The notes under the pieces: model-generated | Seen by the model: the letters and a program-made list of their open reading frames with translations, nothing else | The model's database searches: none | Told to the model about the DNA's origin: nothing | From: Fibrobacteria bacterium | GTDB lineage: Bacteria > Fibrobacterota > Fibrobacteria > UBA11236 | Assembly (NCBI GenBank): GCA_025360005.1 | Contig: JANYDA010000032.1 | Coordinates: 148,624 to 212,623 of the forward strand | Direction: 5' to 3' | Length of the DNA stretch: 64,000 nt | Part shown: positions 18,896 to 28,707 of the stretch, piece after piece | Layout of the letters: the number at the start of each line of letters is the position of its first letter | Numbering within the stretch: the first letter of the stretch is position 1 | Position numbers and translations under genes: made by a program

Positions 18896-20257
18896 TCAAA
18901 AAGCCTTGGTAGCCTGTTCGGAAGGGGTTGGCATGACGCTGGCGAAATGCTTGATTTCCGGCGGGGCCATGCGGGCCAGCAATTGATCGCGATGATCGCA
19001 GAACTCTTTCCATTCGAGCTTCTCAACGCCTTGCTTCGCTTCCATCTTGAGGGAGGCGGGGTTGATGTACTTTCCGTTGAATTCCACCCGGTAGTCCAGA
19101 TGCACGCCGGTGGCGAGGCCTGTCATTCCCATATACCCGATCAACTCGCCCTGCCTGACGCGCTTGCCGGAGTGGCATCCGGCGGCGAACCCATTGAGAT
19201 GCGCATAGTAAGTGTTATAGACGCCATTATGGCGGATCTTGATGGTGTTGCCGTAGCCGTTGACCCATTTGGTGTATTCCACCGTGCCGTCCCCGGCCGC
19301 CAGGATTTTGGTGTTCTTGGGGCCGCAATAATCGATGCCCCAATGCGGCCGGGTCACTCCCAGCACGGGATGCAGGCGGGCGGCGGAGAATCCGGAAGAG
19401 ACGTGCACGAAATTCAGCGGCGCTTTCATGAGCATTTTTTCCAGGCTGCGGCCTTCCTGGTTGTAATACTGGCCCTTGTAGAGGATGCCGAAATATTCCT
19501 TTCCCCGGTTCACGTACTTGGCGGACAGCACCCTGCCGTAGCCGCGGAAGGCGCCGTCTTCGCCGAAGCGTTTTTCCACCAGCAGACTGAACTCATCGCC
19601 GGCGCGCGGATCCTTGAAGAAGTCCAGATCCCAGGCGAAGATTTTGGTCACCTGCTGGATCAGCGCGCCCGTCTCCCCTTTGGATACGAAAGCCTCGTAG
19701 AGGTTGGAGGCCAGGGAGCCGTTCACGGCGAGGGTGTCCATCCGCGCGGGAATGTCCACGACGGCGTAGCTGAATTTTGCCGGAGGCGCCGGAACCGCTT
19801 CCACGGGCGCGGCCGGGGACTTTGCCGAGGCCTCCGCCGGCGGCGGAGGTTCCGGGTTTACCGCGGACAAGGAGGCGGAGGCAGTGCCGGGGCCCGTCCC
19901 GGAACCGGCCAATGCCAGGACATGCCTGCGTTCCGATCCGCGATCCTCGAGAATGAAGGACTGGAGTAACTTACCGGTTTCCGTAACACGGAAGATAACC
20001 CGGTAGGATTGGCCCGCGTAGAGCTTGAACCGGAAGTTCTCCTTGATGCCGGAAAGCAGCAGGGAGGACTCCGATGCGGGCAGAGCCAGGTTATGGACGA
20101 TGGAGTTGAAGCTTTCCCCAGCCTTTACCCGGCTGGACAGGGTATCGTATACGCTTGCAGGGGCCGGGGACGGCAAGGTAGCCGAGGTGGCTCTCCCATC
20201 CTGCCGGCAGCCTCCCAAAAAGGCCAATCCGGCCGATAAACACAAGCCTAGTGCCAT
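18896..20257 (-). CDS. M23 family metallopeptidase lipoprotein
   Basis: Lipoprotein signal MALGLCLSAGLAFLGGC (complement ATG 20255-20257). C-terminal M23 motifs 'HWGIDY' and 'GYMGMTGLATGVHLDYRV'. The longer ORF reaching 20347 would add an implausible 30-aa n-region. Confidence 0.85.
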   Translation of the reverse strand: MALGLCLSAGLAFLGGCRQDGRATSATLPSPAPASVYDTLSSRVKAGESFNSIVHNLALPASESSLLLSGIKENFRFKLYAGQSYRVIFRVTETGKLLQSFILEDRGSERRHVLALAGSGTGPGTASASLSAVNPEPPPPAEASAKSPAAPVEAVPAPPAKFSYAVVDIPARMDTLAVNGSLASNLYEAFVSKGETGALIQQVTKIFAWDLDFFKDPRAGDEFSLLVEKRFGEDGAFRGYGRVLSAKYVNRGKEYFGILYKGQYYNQEGRSLEKMLMKAPLNFVHVSSGFSAARLHPVLGVTRPHWGIDYCGPKNTKILAAGDGTVEYTKWVNGYGNTIKIRHNGVYNTYYAHLNGFAAGCHSGKRVRQGELIGYMGMTGLATGVHLDYRVEFNGKYINPASLKMEAKQGVEKLEWKEFCDHRDQLLARMAPPEIKHFASVMPTPSEQATKAF

Positions 20258-20289
20258 GGCCTTGCGCACCGGTCGAGCTGGGGACCTAT

Positions 20290-20319
20290 GTATATGCATT
20301 TGTATATGCATTTGCATTT
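20290..20319. repeat. tandem (GTATATGCATTT)x2 + GCATTT repeat with ATGCAT palindromes
   Basis: Read directly: gtatatgcattt gtatatgcattt gcattt. AT-rich against a GC-rich background, 35-65 nt upstream of the M23 peptidase start. Confidence 0.5.
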
Positions 20320-20598
20320 CCTGATTCGGATTCATGGCTTCCTCCAAGCTCCGCCCCCAGTGCAGAGCCCGTTATCGTTAATTTGATGAATTCCGATTAT
20401 CCGCGCTGGCCACAGTTTTTTGCGGCCGGGCATGGGAAAATACCGGGGCTTTGGTTCCCGGTGGTACCAATATACTCCATGGCCTCAAACGCCGCCAAAC
20501 AAACCTTGGGGCGCTCGCGGGGGGGTTGGGGACATTGGGAACTTTTATTCCCGGGAAGAGTTTCCGGTGGGATGGAGGGACGCGGGAAGGAGGAGCGT

Positions 20599-21450
20599 TC
20601 AGGTACGGGGCGGACGAGCGTCATCCCCGCGCCCATATTCCGATTGGATAACCTGGCAGATGGATTGGGGCCGGCCCATGGTGGCGGCGATGGGTTCGTC
20701 GAGCATGGCCACGCAATTGCCCTTGAGGGTTTGCGCATCCAGCTTCCCGAGCGTGAAACGGAAAGCCCTGGTGAAGTCGCCGGCTCCGCCTTCCGTCACA
20801 ACCTTCACGGTGATACCGTAACTTCCCTGTTCCCAGTAACACCTATGGTTCAGGTCCGTATAGGCGGATACGCAGGCATCCTGTTTCTTGAATTCGCCGA
20901 TAAGATCTTCATGATCGATCTTGGCCTCCGCCGGCGGCAAACCGGACCCTGCGGGCTGGGAAGGACCGCCGCGGCGCTGGCGCCACTCCAGGATGCGTCG
21001 TTCGGTTTCTCGCCAATGATGATAGTAGGATTGCAGGATCCCTTTCACCTGCTGGAAACCTTCCACATCGTGGAATACGATGTTGTATTTGCGGGTATCG
21101 CCGGGCGTGACCAAAAAGGGATGAGGCATTTCCCAGGCCTTGGCTCCCGCGGGCGGGATCAGGAAATTGGGCTTGAAGGCTATCCATCGGAACTCGCGCC
21201 TGGCCTTGTCCTTTTCCGAGACCAGGGCCACATCCACGGATTTCACGAAGACTTCCCTGTCCATGGGACGCAGCACGCCCGCCAACGCGATCAGCGGACC
21301 GTTGGCGTCGAAGCCGACTTCGATGGAACCGCTTTCATAAAGCTCCAGGTGCTTCCGGCCCCCGGATTTCCGCACCAGGAACCAGATCCAGAATTGGGCC
21401 ACAGCCAGGATCGAAAGGATCCATGGGCCTTGTTCGCGCAGGGATCCCAT
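20599..21450 (-). CDS. membrane-anchored hypothetical protein
   Basis: N-terminal TM helix WILSILAVAQFWIWFLV. Its start codon overlaps the Hpt gene stop. No recognised domain. Confidence 0.55.
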   Translation of the reverse strand: MGSLREQGPWILSILAVAQFWIWFLVRKSGGRKHLELYESGSIEVGFDANGPLIALAGVLRPMDREVFVKSVDVALVSEKDKARREFRWIAFKPNFLIPPAGAKAWEMPHPFLVTPGDTRKYNIVFHDVEGFQQVKGILQSYYHHWRETERRILEWRQRRGGPSQPAGSGLPPAEAKIDHEDLIGEFKKQDACVSAYTDLNHRCYWEQGSYGITVKVVTEGGAGDFTRAFRFTLGKLDAQTLKGNCVAMLDEPIAATMGRPQSICQVIQSEYGRGDDARPPRT

Positions 21451-21818
21451 CAGGATTTCTCCGCGATCCCCTGCCGCGCGATCAACAAGCAGGCCCGGGT
21501 CTCGGCGAAGGCGATCTCCAGATCGAACAGGATTTGGGAAACGGTCATGGTGGTCTCCTTGGGTCCGGAGGCTGCGGTCTCGGCGGCACCCGCCAGATCG
21601 CGGATGGACAGGGCCCCGATGTTATCGGCCAGGCATCGCAGGATATGCGCGGAAAGGGCCGCCTTCTTGAAGTCGCCGGCCTTCCCGCCTTCCCAGGCCT
21701 CCTGGATGCGCATCGGCGCTTCCTTCAGGAACATGTCGATCAGTTTGACCAGGTACTCTTCCGAGCGCTCCTGCTTGATCCGGGTGAGGACGTCGGCATC
21801 TAGGCATTTAACGGGCAT
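21450..21818 (-). CDS. Hpt (histidine phosphotransfer) domain protein
   Basis: Only the C-terminal 122 aa of ORF 21450..22460 look real (the upstream part is P/S/R-rich junk). 'FKKAALSAHILRCLADNIGALSIRDL' is an Hpt helix with the phospho-His. Confidence 0.7.
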   Translation of the reverse strand: MPVKCLDADVLTRIKQERSEEYLVKLIDMFLKEAPMRIQEAWEGGKAGDFKKAALSAHILRCLADNIGALSIRDLAGAAETAASGPKETTMTVSQILFDLEIAFAETRACLLIARQGIAEKS

Positions 21819-21945
21819 GGAACTGTCTCCCCTGGAAGCGTGGCCGCGTCCATCTCCATTGTATCCCAATGGCAAGGCCGGAGCAACGCCCTCCGCAGGC
21901 TTGCCCAGGGTAACCGGCCGTAAACGGGGATGCCGGGAAAGCGGT

Positions 21946-23481
21946 TCAGGTTTTACGCAGGATATTGCGGACACGGGCCACCAGTTCCAAGGGCGAGAAC
22001 GGCTTGACCAGGTAGTCATCGGCGCCCAGTTGGAATCCGCGGGCGATGTCCTTTTCCTTGCCCAGGGAAGTGAGCAGCAGGATGGGAAGATTGGCGGTAG
22101 CCTGGGAGGCCCGCAGCTTGGGCAGCAATTGCATCCCGTCAAGGCCCGCCAGCTTGGCGTCCAGGACGCACATGGAATACGCGCCGGTAGCCACCGCCGC
22201 CACGGCGGCTTTCCCGTCCGAGACATGCTTGATGCCGAACCCTTCGCGGCCCAGCCGGCTCTTGATGATGGCGGCGACGGTCTCATCACCCTCCGCCAGC
22301 AGGATGGAGCGGGGCTGATGGGTGGGCTTATCGGTAGAGGTGAGTACGCAGTTGCGGCCCTGGGCCTTGGCCAGGTACAGGAACCGATCGGCTTCGGCGA
22401 TGGCTTCTTCCACGGTCCAGGCGGCCGCGATTTCCGTGACCCCGGCGGAGAAGGTAACATGGAAGGTACGTCCGCCGGAAGCGGTGAACTTCTGGGCGGA
22501 AAGCGCTTCCAGGGCCTTGCGTACGGCCATGCCCGCGCCGTCCAGGCCGGTATTGGGGAACAGGGCGACGAACTCTTCCCCGCCCCAGCGGGCCAGCAGA
22601 TCCGATTTGCGCAAAGCGCCGGTGAGGATGGCGGAGGCCCGCCTCAACACTTCGTCGCCGGCGGCATGGCCGAAGGTATCGTTGATGTACTTGAACCGAT
22701 CCAGATCCAGGATTGCGGCCGAAACCGGTTCGCCGCGGCGGCTGGACAACGAGACGTTGCGGGCATAGGCTTCCCGGAAAGCCGCGCGGTTGGGCAGTCC
22801 GGTCAGGTGATCGCGGCGGGATTCGCGCAGGTTGCCTTCCGTGCGATAGAGCCAGGCGGAAACGGCCGCGCAGATGGTTTCCACCTCGAAAGGCTTTTCA
22901 TAATAGGCGTCCGCGCCCAGGGCGAAGCATTCCGTTTTCGGCTGGGCTCCCAGTTTGGCGGAAAGCACGATGACGGGAACGTTGGCGGTGGCGGGCTTTT
23001 CCTTGAGTCGCACCAGGAAATTCCGCCCGTCGGTGTCCGGCAGGATCAAATCCAGCAGGATCAGCGAGACCTTCTTATCATCCAGCATGGCCTCCGCCTC
23101 CTTGGCGGTGGCGGCGATCAGGATCTCCCGGTTGGAAGATTCCAGCACGGTGCGGAGCAGATCGGTGATATACGGATCATCGTCGATGAGAAGGATGCCC
23201 GCCTTGTCTTCCATTTCCGAGACGGCGCAGATTTCCTGGATCGTTTCCAGAAGTTTGTCGAGCGCGCCCGGGAAATCCGTTTCCGATGAGTCTTCCAGAG
23301 CGGCCGCATTCTCGGTGATCTCGGGGAAACCGTAGGTGGCTCCGGAACCCCGCAAGGTGTGGGCGATGCGGCGCACGGATTCGACGGGGCCGCGGCTTCC
23401 GTCCAATTCACGGCGGGCGGCCTTGAGCGCTTCTATGCGGGTGGCCAGGCCCGCGCGATACCACTTTTTCAGGTCTTCCAA
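21946..23481 (-). CDS. response regulator diguanylate cyclase (Hpt-REC-GGDEF-REC)
   Basis: N-terminal Hpt-like helix RIAHTLRGSGATYGF. REC1 (ILLIDDDP...LLDLILPD). GGDEF with active GGEEF and RxxD I-site (RKSD). C-terminal REC2 (ILLAEGDE...VLDAKLAGLDG...DYLVKPF). Confidence 0.9.
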   Translation of the reverse strand: MEDLKKWYRAGLATRIEALKAARRELDGSRGPVESVRRIAHTLRGSGATYGFPEITENAAALEDSSETDFPGALDKLLETIQEICAVSEMEDKAGILLIDDDPYITDLLRTVLESSNREILIAATAKEAEAMLDDKKVSLILLDLILPDTDGRNFLVRLKEKPATANVPVIVLSAKLGAQPKTECFALGADAYYEKPFEVETICAAVSAWLYRTEGNLRESRRDHLTGLPNRAAFREAYARNVSLSSRRGEPVSAAILDLDRFKYINDTFGHAAGDEVLRRASAILTGALRKSDLLARWGGEEFVALFPNTGLDGAGMAVRKALEALSAQKFTASGGRTFHVTFSAGVTEIAAAWTVEEAIAEADRFLYLAKAQGRNCVLTSTDKPTHQPRSILLAEGDETVAAIIKSRLGREGFGIKHVSDGKAAVAAVATGAYSMCVLDAKLAGLDGMQLLPKLRASQATANLPILLLTSLGKEKDIARGFQLGADDYLVKPFSPLELVARVRNILRKT

Positions 23482-23487
23482 CTAAAC

Positions 23488-23862
23488 TTATCCCGCCCGG
23501 TACCCGAACGCGTTCTTTTCCTTCTGCAACCAGGAATTCGCGTGGCCCAGCATGTCGTTCAACTGGCACAGGAGCGGGAGAACGATGTCCTTGGCCCCGT
23601 CCTCCGCGAGCCGGTTGATGCGGACGGCCAAATCGCTTATCTCCGTAGCACCCACGTTACCTGCCGCGCTCCCGATGGACCGCACGGCGCGGCCTAGGCC
23701 GGTAAGATCGCCGGCGCGGCCGCGGTCGCAGGCATCATCCATCCGCAGCGGCACTTTTTCCAGGAATTGATCGATGACCTTGGCCATCAGCGCCACTCCG
23801 CCGGTGCGTTCCAGGCTGTCCAGCGCCCTCCTGTCGAAGGGCCCTTCCGTCATCGCAAGCAT
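23488..23862 (-). CDS. Hpt-like domain protein lacking the phosphorylatable histidine
   Basis: 'GLGRAVRSIGSAAGNVGATEISDLA' aligns with the Hpt 'aHslKGsaanlGa' helix, but His is replaced by Arg. Six nt upstream of the DGC gene. Confidence 0.6.
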   Translation of the reverse strand: MLAMTEGPFDRRALDSLERTGGVALMAKVIDQFLEKVPLRMDDACDRGRAGDLTGLGRAVRSIGSAAGNVGATEISDLAVRINRLAEDGAKDIVLPLLCQLNDMLGHANSWLQKEKNAFGYRAG

Positions 23863-24148
23863 ACCGTGCTCCGGGTCATGATCTTGGTATTAAGGATCGC
23901 AATCCTATTCTACCACGCGGTTTTCTCATTTGCCTAGTGCGGGCACGCGCGATCGCCGGGCGTGGGCGCGCCTATCGGGAGCTTCCCTACGCGGCGGTAC
24001 ATTTGACGTTTTTGGGGCCCGTCCCTGCGCCGGCCCGGCCGTTACCGCGCCGGGTCGGGAACGCGTCAAACCATGGTGGCGTCAGGAGTTAATTGGTGAG
24101 CGCGCCTTTTTTTAATACAGTTTACCCTTCCCCAACCAGGATCGATAC

Positions 24149-24829
24149 TTGGGCAATGATTTTCCGAAACCGGCCGCGAGGTTGGGAGCCATTTTCGATT
24201 GGGACGGGGTGGTCATCGATTCGTCCCGGCATCATGAAGAGAGTTGGAACCGGTTGGCTGCGGAGGAAAACCTTCTCTTGCCGGAAGGCCACTTCCTCAG
24301 GGGCTTCGGCATGAAGAACGAAGCCATCATTCCGGGCATATTGCATTGGACCGATGATGAAGCCGGGATCCGCCGCCTGTCCCTTCGCAAGGAAGTCCTT
24401 TACCGCGCTATCATCCGCGAGCGCGGCCTGGAGCCATTGCCGGGCGTACGCATCTTTCTGGAACGCTTGCGCGAGGCGGGCATACCTCGCGTCATCGGGT
24501 CTTCCACCCATCGCCTCAACATCATCACCTCCCTGGAAATCCTGGGATTGGCGGACTTCTTCGCCGCCATCGTTTCCGCGGAAGACGTACGGCAAGGCAA
24601 GCCGGACCCGGACGTATTCCTCCAGGCGGCAGCCAGGATCGGGCGCGCGCCCGCCGACTGCGTGGTCTTCGAGGACGCGCCCATGGGCGTGGAGGCGGCC
24701 TTGGCCGGGGGCATGAAGGCCGTGGGCGTAGCCGGCACGCACGGCAATTCCGTCCTGGCCAGGGCCCACAAGGTGGTCCGCCGCTTGGATGAACTGGATG
24801 AAAGCGGACTGGAGGCGCTCTTTGCCTGA
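24149..24829 (+). CDS. HAD-IA family hydrolase (beta-phosphoglucomutase-like phosphatase)
   Basis: Motif I 'FDWDGVVID', motif III K in 'RQGKPDPD', motif IV 'FEDAPMGVEAA'. Confidence 0.85.
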   Translation: MGNDFPKPAARLGAIFDWDGVVIDSSRHHEESWNRLAAEENLLLPEGHFLRGFGMKNEAIIPGILHWTDDEAGIRRLSLRKEVLYRAIIRERGLEPLPGVRIFLERLREAGIPRVIGSSTHRLNIITSLEILGLADFFAAIVSAEDVRQGKPDPDVFLQAAARIGRAPADCVVFEDAPMGVEAALAGGMKAVGVAGTHGNSVLARAHKVVRRLDELDESGLEALFA

Positions 24830-26489
24830 TTCCGGGGACGGCGCGGACGGCACCGGATCCGAGCGGGGCCGCAAAGCGGAGATCGGGCTTCGGCTCACCC
24901 GCGAGCAACGCGAGCATGTGCGCCGGGAAGTCATCCGCCGCACCGTGGAAGACCATAAGGAGATGGTCCGCAACTCGCGGGACCTGAGCCTGGAAGTCAT
25001 CATCAACGACGCCGTTTACCAGGAACACGAGCGCCTGCGGGGCGCGAAACGCGGCAAAGAGGACCGGGAGCAGTTGCGCTTCTGGAACCAGGTGGGGAGG
25101 GAGTTCCCCCGGGTTTCCGAAGAGGAGCGGGAACGGATCCTGGAGCGCATCGCCGGCATGTATGTGGATGAGATCATGGGATACTTCAATCCCGTGGTGC
25201 ATAAGGTAGCGGCCAAGATACTCCCCTGGGGTCTCAAGGCCATGCTCAGCCGCTTCTCCCCCGCCGCCTGGCTCAAATACCTGGGCACGCGCCTCAACCT
25301 GGAAGAGAACATCATCATCAGCGGGCCCTTGGACCACATCCGCCGCCTGGCCGGGCGCGCCACCCTGATCATGACGCCCACCCACGTCAGCAACCTGGAC
25401 AGCGTGGTGATAGGGCTGGGGCTGTACCAGAAGCGGCTGCCGCCCTTCACTTACGGGGCCGGCCTCAACCTGTTCAGCAATCCCGTGATCTCCTTTTTCA
25501 TGAACAACCTGGGCGCCTACAAGGTGGACCGCCGCAAGCAGAACGGCATCTACAAAAACGCCTTAAAGCATTACGCCACTCTTTCCATGGAGATGGGCCA
25601 GCACAACCTGTTCTTCCCCGGCGGCACCCGCAGCCGCAGCGGCGAGGTGGAGCAGAAGCTCAAGCTGGGTCTTTTGGGCTGCGGGGTGAACGTATACGTG
25701 TCCAACCTGCTGGCGGATAAACCCGATCCGGATCTCTTCGTGATCCCTTGCACGCTTTCCTGCGGATTGGTGCTGGAAGCCCAGTCCCTAATCGAGGATC
25801 ATCTCAAGGAAACCGGCAAGAGCCGCTACATCCGCACCCGCAGCGATTTCAGCCGCCCCATGCGCGTCCTGAAATTCTGGCGCAACCTGCAAAGCATGAA
25901 CTCCCGCATCCACATGCATTTCGGCGAGCCCTTGGACTTGTTCGGCAACCGGGTGGATGAGGACGGCGTCAGCCGCGACTCCCACGGCCGCCCCGTGGAC
26001 CGCCGCAAATACGTGGAGACCGCGGGCGGGCCCCGGCACCACCCCCAGCGCGATCAGGAATACACGCGCGAGCTGGGCAGGAGCATCCTCAAAGCCTTCC
26101 GCCGCGACAACGTGGCCATGAGCACGCATGCCTCCGCCTTCGCCGCTTTTACCGCGATGCGCCGCCGCTCGCCGCAATACGATCTGTACCGCATCCTCCG
26201 CACCGCGGGCCCGGAGCACGCCGTGCCGCTGGCCGATATCCACGCGGAACTCGCCGCGCTGCTGGAAAGGCTGCGGGTCATGGAGTCGCGCGGGGAAATC
26301 CTGCTGGCCGACGATGTCCGGGAAGCCGGCGCCGGCGAGGTTTTCGCCAAGGCCATGGTGCATTTCGCATCCTTCCACGACGGGGAGGTGCTTTTGCGGG
26401 GAAGCGGAGGCATCTATACGGAGAACATGAAATTGCTCTATTATTATCGCAACCGCCTGGACCATTATGGACTGGACAAGAAGGAGTGA
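24789..26489 (+). CDS. glycerol-3-phosphate/DHAP acyltransferase family protein (PlsB-like GPAT)
   Basis: Acyltransferase blocks 'PTHVSNLD' (HxxxxD), 'YKVDRRK' and 'FFPGGTRSRSGEV'. Overlaps the HAD gene by 41 nt; the true start is uncertain. Confidence 0.75.
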   Translation: MNWMKADWRRSLPDSGDGADGTGSERGRKAEIGLRLTREQREHVRREVIRRTVEDHKEMVRNSRDLSLEVIINDAVYQEHERLRGAKRGKEDREQLRFWNQVGREFPRVSEEERERILERIAGMYVDEIMGYFNPVVHKVAAKILPWGLKAMLSRFSPAAWLKYLGTRLNLEENIIISGPLDHIRRLAGRATLIMTPTHVSNLDSVVIGLGLYQKRLPPFTYGAGLNLFSNPVISFFMNNLGAYKVDRRKQNGIYKNALKHYATLSMEMGQHNLFFPGGTRSRSGEVEQKLKLGLLGCGVNVYVSNLLADKPDPDLFVIPCTLSCGLVLEAQSLIEDHLKETGKSRYIRTRSDFSRPMRVLKFWRNLQSMNSRIHMHFGEPLDLFGNRVDEDGVSRDSHGRPVDRRKYVETAGGPRHHPQRDQEYTRELGRSILKAFRRDNVAMSTHASAFAAFTAMRRRSPQYDLYRILRTAGPEHAVPLADIHAELAALLERLRVMESRGEILLADDVREAGAGEVFAKAMVHFASFHDGEVLLRGSGGIYTENMKLLYYYRNRLDHYGLDKKE

Positions 26490-27544
26490 AAACCGGGAGC
26501 ATGGAAACCATCGGCATCATCGGCGGCGGCAGTTTCGGAAGCGCCTTGGCGGACATGATCGGCACCAAAGGGCATCCCGTGCTGCAATGGTTCCGCACCG
26601 GGGAGGGCGCGGATCGTTTCAATGCATCGCTTGAGAACGCCAAATACCTGCCGGGCATCTCACTCAGCGCCAACATCATCGCCACCGCCGACCTGGAACG
26701 CGTGGCGCGTCATTGCAAATTGATCATCGTATCGGTTCCCAGCCAGCATTTCCGCCAGGTTGCGGGCATGCTCGGGGACTGGGTGGACGGCAGCCAGCTC
26801 CTGGTCTCCACCACCAAAGGCATCGAAGCCCACTCCTTCAAGCTGATGACGGAAGTATTGCGGGAAGAAACCTGCTGTCTCAAAATCGGCGCCCTGAGCG
26901 GTCCCAACCTGGCCAAAGAGATCGCTGCCAAGAAGCCCAGCGGATCGGTGATCGCCAGCCGTTACGAGGAGGTTACCCAGAAGGTTCAGGAAGTGCTTTC
27001 CGGCCCGTATTTCCGGGTCTACAGCAACACGGATGTGTACGGGGTGGAGTTGGGCGGCGTGCTCAAGAACGTATACGCCATCGCCACGGGATTGGTGGCC
27101 TCCTTGAAGATGGGCGACAACACCATCGGCATGATCATCACGCGCGCGCTGGCGGAGATGAGCCGTTTCGCGGAGCGGATGGGATCCAATCCCCTGACCT
27201 TCCTGGGCCTGGCGGGCGTGGGCGATCTGGTCACCACATGCACGTCTCCCTTATCGCGCAACTATCGGGTGGGGCTCATGATCGGCCAAGGGTCAAGCCT
27301 GGAGGCCGCCGTGGCCGCCATCGGGGAAGTGGCGGAAGGCGTCAACACCATCCGCATCGTCAAGGAGAAAGCCGCCCAAATCGGCATCCGCATGCATATC
27401 CTGGAGGGCCTGCACGCCCTGCTTTTCGAGGGCAGGGATCTTCCCGCCGTGATCAAGCAATTGATGAACGTTCCGCAGATGGAAGACGTCGAATTCGCAT
27501 ACCGGCCCGGCACCAATGCCGGAGCCGGATCCAACCCCGCTTAA
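26486..27544 (+). CDS. gpsA: NAD(P)H-dependent glycerol-3-phosphate dehydrogenase
   Basis: 'IGIIGGGSFGSALA' Rossmann start, 'GALSGPNLAKEIA', 'KNVYAIATGL'. Four-nt ATGA overlap with the upstream gene. Confidence 0.9.
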   Translation: MKTGSMETIGIIGGGSFGSALADMIGTKGHPVLQWFRTGEGADRFNASLENAKYLPGISLSANIIATADLERVARHCKLIIVSVPSQHFRQVAGMLGDWVDGSQLLVSTTKGIEAHSFKLMTEVLREETCCLKIGALSGPNLAKEIAAKKPSGSVIASRYEEVTQKVQEVLSGPYFRVYSNTDVYGVELGGVLKNVYAIATGLVASLKMGDNTIGMIITRALAEMSRFAERMGSNPLTFLGLAGVGDLVTTCTSPLSRNYRVGLMIGQGSSLEAAVAAIGEVAEGVNTIRIVKEKAAQIGIRMHILEGLHALLFEGRDLPAVIKQLMNVPQMEDVEFAYRPGTNAGAGSNPA

Positions 27545-27555
27545 AGGAGCCCGCC

Positions 27556-28707
27556 GTGCCCGCCCGCAGCCTCGTCATCCTCAGCGTATCGGCGGGAGCC
27601 GGCCATGTGCGGGCCGCCGAGGCCCTGCGTGCCAAAGCGACGGAAGCCTACCCCGGCGTGAACGCCATCCACCTGGACCTGATGGAATGGGTACCCGCCA
27701 TGTTCCGCAAGGTCTATGCGGAGTCCTTCCTGTATGTGGTGGAACGCTACCCGGAGATCTGGGGCTACCTGTACGGCCGCACCGATAAGGCTCCCAAGGA
27801 ATATTCCAAAACCGAAGGCCTGCGCAAGGCTTTGGAACGGTTGAATACGGTGCGCTTCATGAAGGTGCTCAAGGACCTCAATCCCGATCATGTCATCTGC
27901 ACGCATTTCCTGCCCGCCCAATTGCTGTCCCGGAAGATCCGCAAAGGCGTTTTCAAGCTGCCTGTCTGGGTGCAGGTCACCGACTTCGACGTCCATCGCC
28001 TGTGGATCCACCCCAACCTGGCCGGATACTTCGCCGCCAGCGAAGAAGTGGCCTGGCGCATGGCGGACAAGGGAGCGGACCCACGTACCATTCAGGTTAC
28101 CGGCATCCCCATTATGCCCGTCTTTTCGTCCCGCCTGGACAAGGCGGAATGCGCGCGCGGACTGGGTTTGGATCCGGCCAAGCCGGTATTGGCCCTGATG
28201 GCGGGAGGCGCGGGGGTAGGCGCCGGAACGGGCGGGGACGGCATGGATGGGACCGCGGCGCGCCTGTTGGCCATGTCCGGGGATTTCCAGCTGGTGGCCT
28301 TGGCGGGCCGCAACGAAAAGCTCCTGGCGGATCTGAACCGGCTGGCGGAAGCCCATCCCGGCCGTCTGGTCCCGATGGGCTTCACACGCACCATCGAGCG
28401 CATCATGAAAGCCTCCGACGTGGCCATCACCAAACCGGGAGGGCTCACATCGTCCGAATGCCTGGCCATGGGTCTTCCCATGATCCTGGTCAACCCCATT
28501 CCGGGCCAGGAGGAACGCAACGCGGACTACCTGCTGGAGAACGGCGCCGCCCTCAAAGCCTATGACGCCGCCGGACTGGAATTCCGCGTCAGGGATCTGC
28601 TTGCCAATCCAAGCCGTTTGGAGTCGTTGCGCAGAAACGCTTTGGCCTTGGGCAAACCGGATGCGGCCGCGGCGGTACTCGGGAAAGTTTTGGGGCCGCC
28701 CCGGTGA
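27556..28707 (+). CDS. diacylglycerol glycosyltransferase (GT28; MGDG synthase/UgtP-like)
   Basis: GTG start 6 nt after AAGGAG. 'LVILSVSAGAGHVRAAEAL' aligns with the UgtP N-terminus; 'ITKPGGLTSSECLAMGLPMILVNPIPGQEERNA' aligns with the GT28 C-terminal region. Confidence 0.85.
   Translation: MPARSLVILSVSAGAGHVRAAEALRAKATEAYPGVNAIHLDLMEWVPAMFRKVYAESFLYVVERYPEIWGYLYGRTDKAPKEYSKTEGLRKALERLNTVRFMKVLKDLNPDHVICTHFLPAQLLSRKIRKGVFKLPVWVQVTDFDVHRLWIHPNLAGYFAASEEVAWRMADKGADPRTIQVTGIPIMPVFSSRLDKAECARGLGLDPAKPVLALMAGGAGVGAGTGGDGMDGTAARLLAMSGDFQLVALAGRNEKLLADLNRLAEAHPGRLVPMGFTRTIERIMKASDVAITKPGGLTSSECLAMGLPMILVNPIPGQEERNADYLLENGAALKAYDAAGLEFRVRDLLANPSRLESLRRNALALGKPDAAAAVLGKVLGPPR

Noticed and set aside
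21450-22460. Full 336-aa ORF as called in the track
   Set aside because: The N-terminal two-thirds are P/S/R-rich and overlap the 3' end of the DGC gene in another frame. Only the C-terminal 122 aa form a bona fide Hpt domain, so the gene was trimmed to 21450..21818.
20251-23289. 1012-aa plus-strand ORF
   Set aside because: It is antisense to four minus-strand genes with clear Hpt/REC/GGDEF content. The plus-strand translation is G/R/A-rich with no motifs and is a high-GC artefact.
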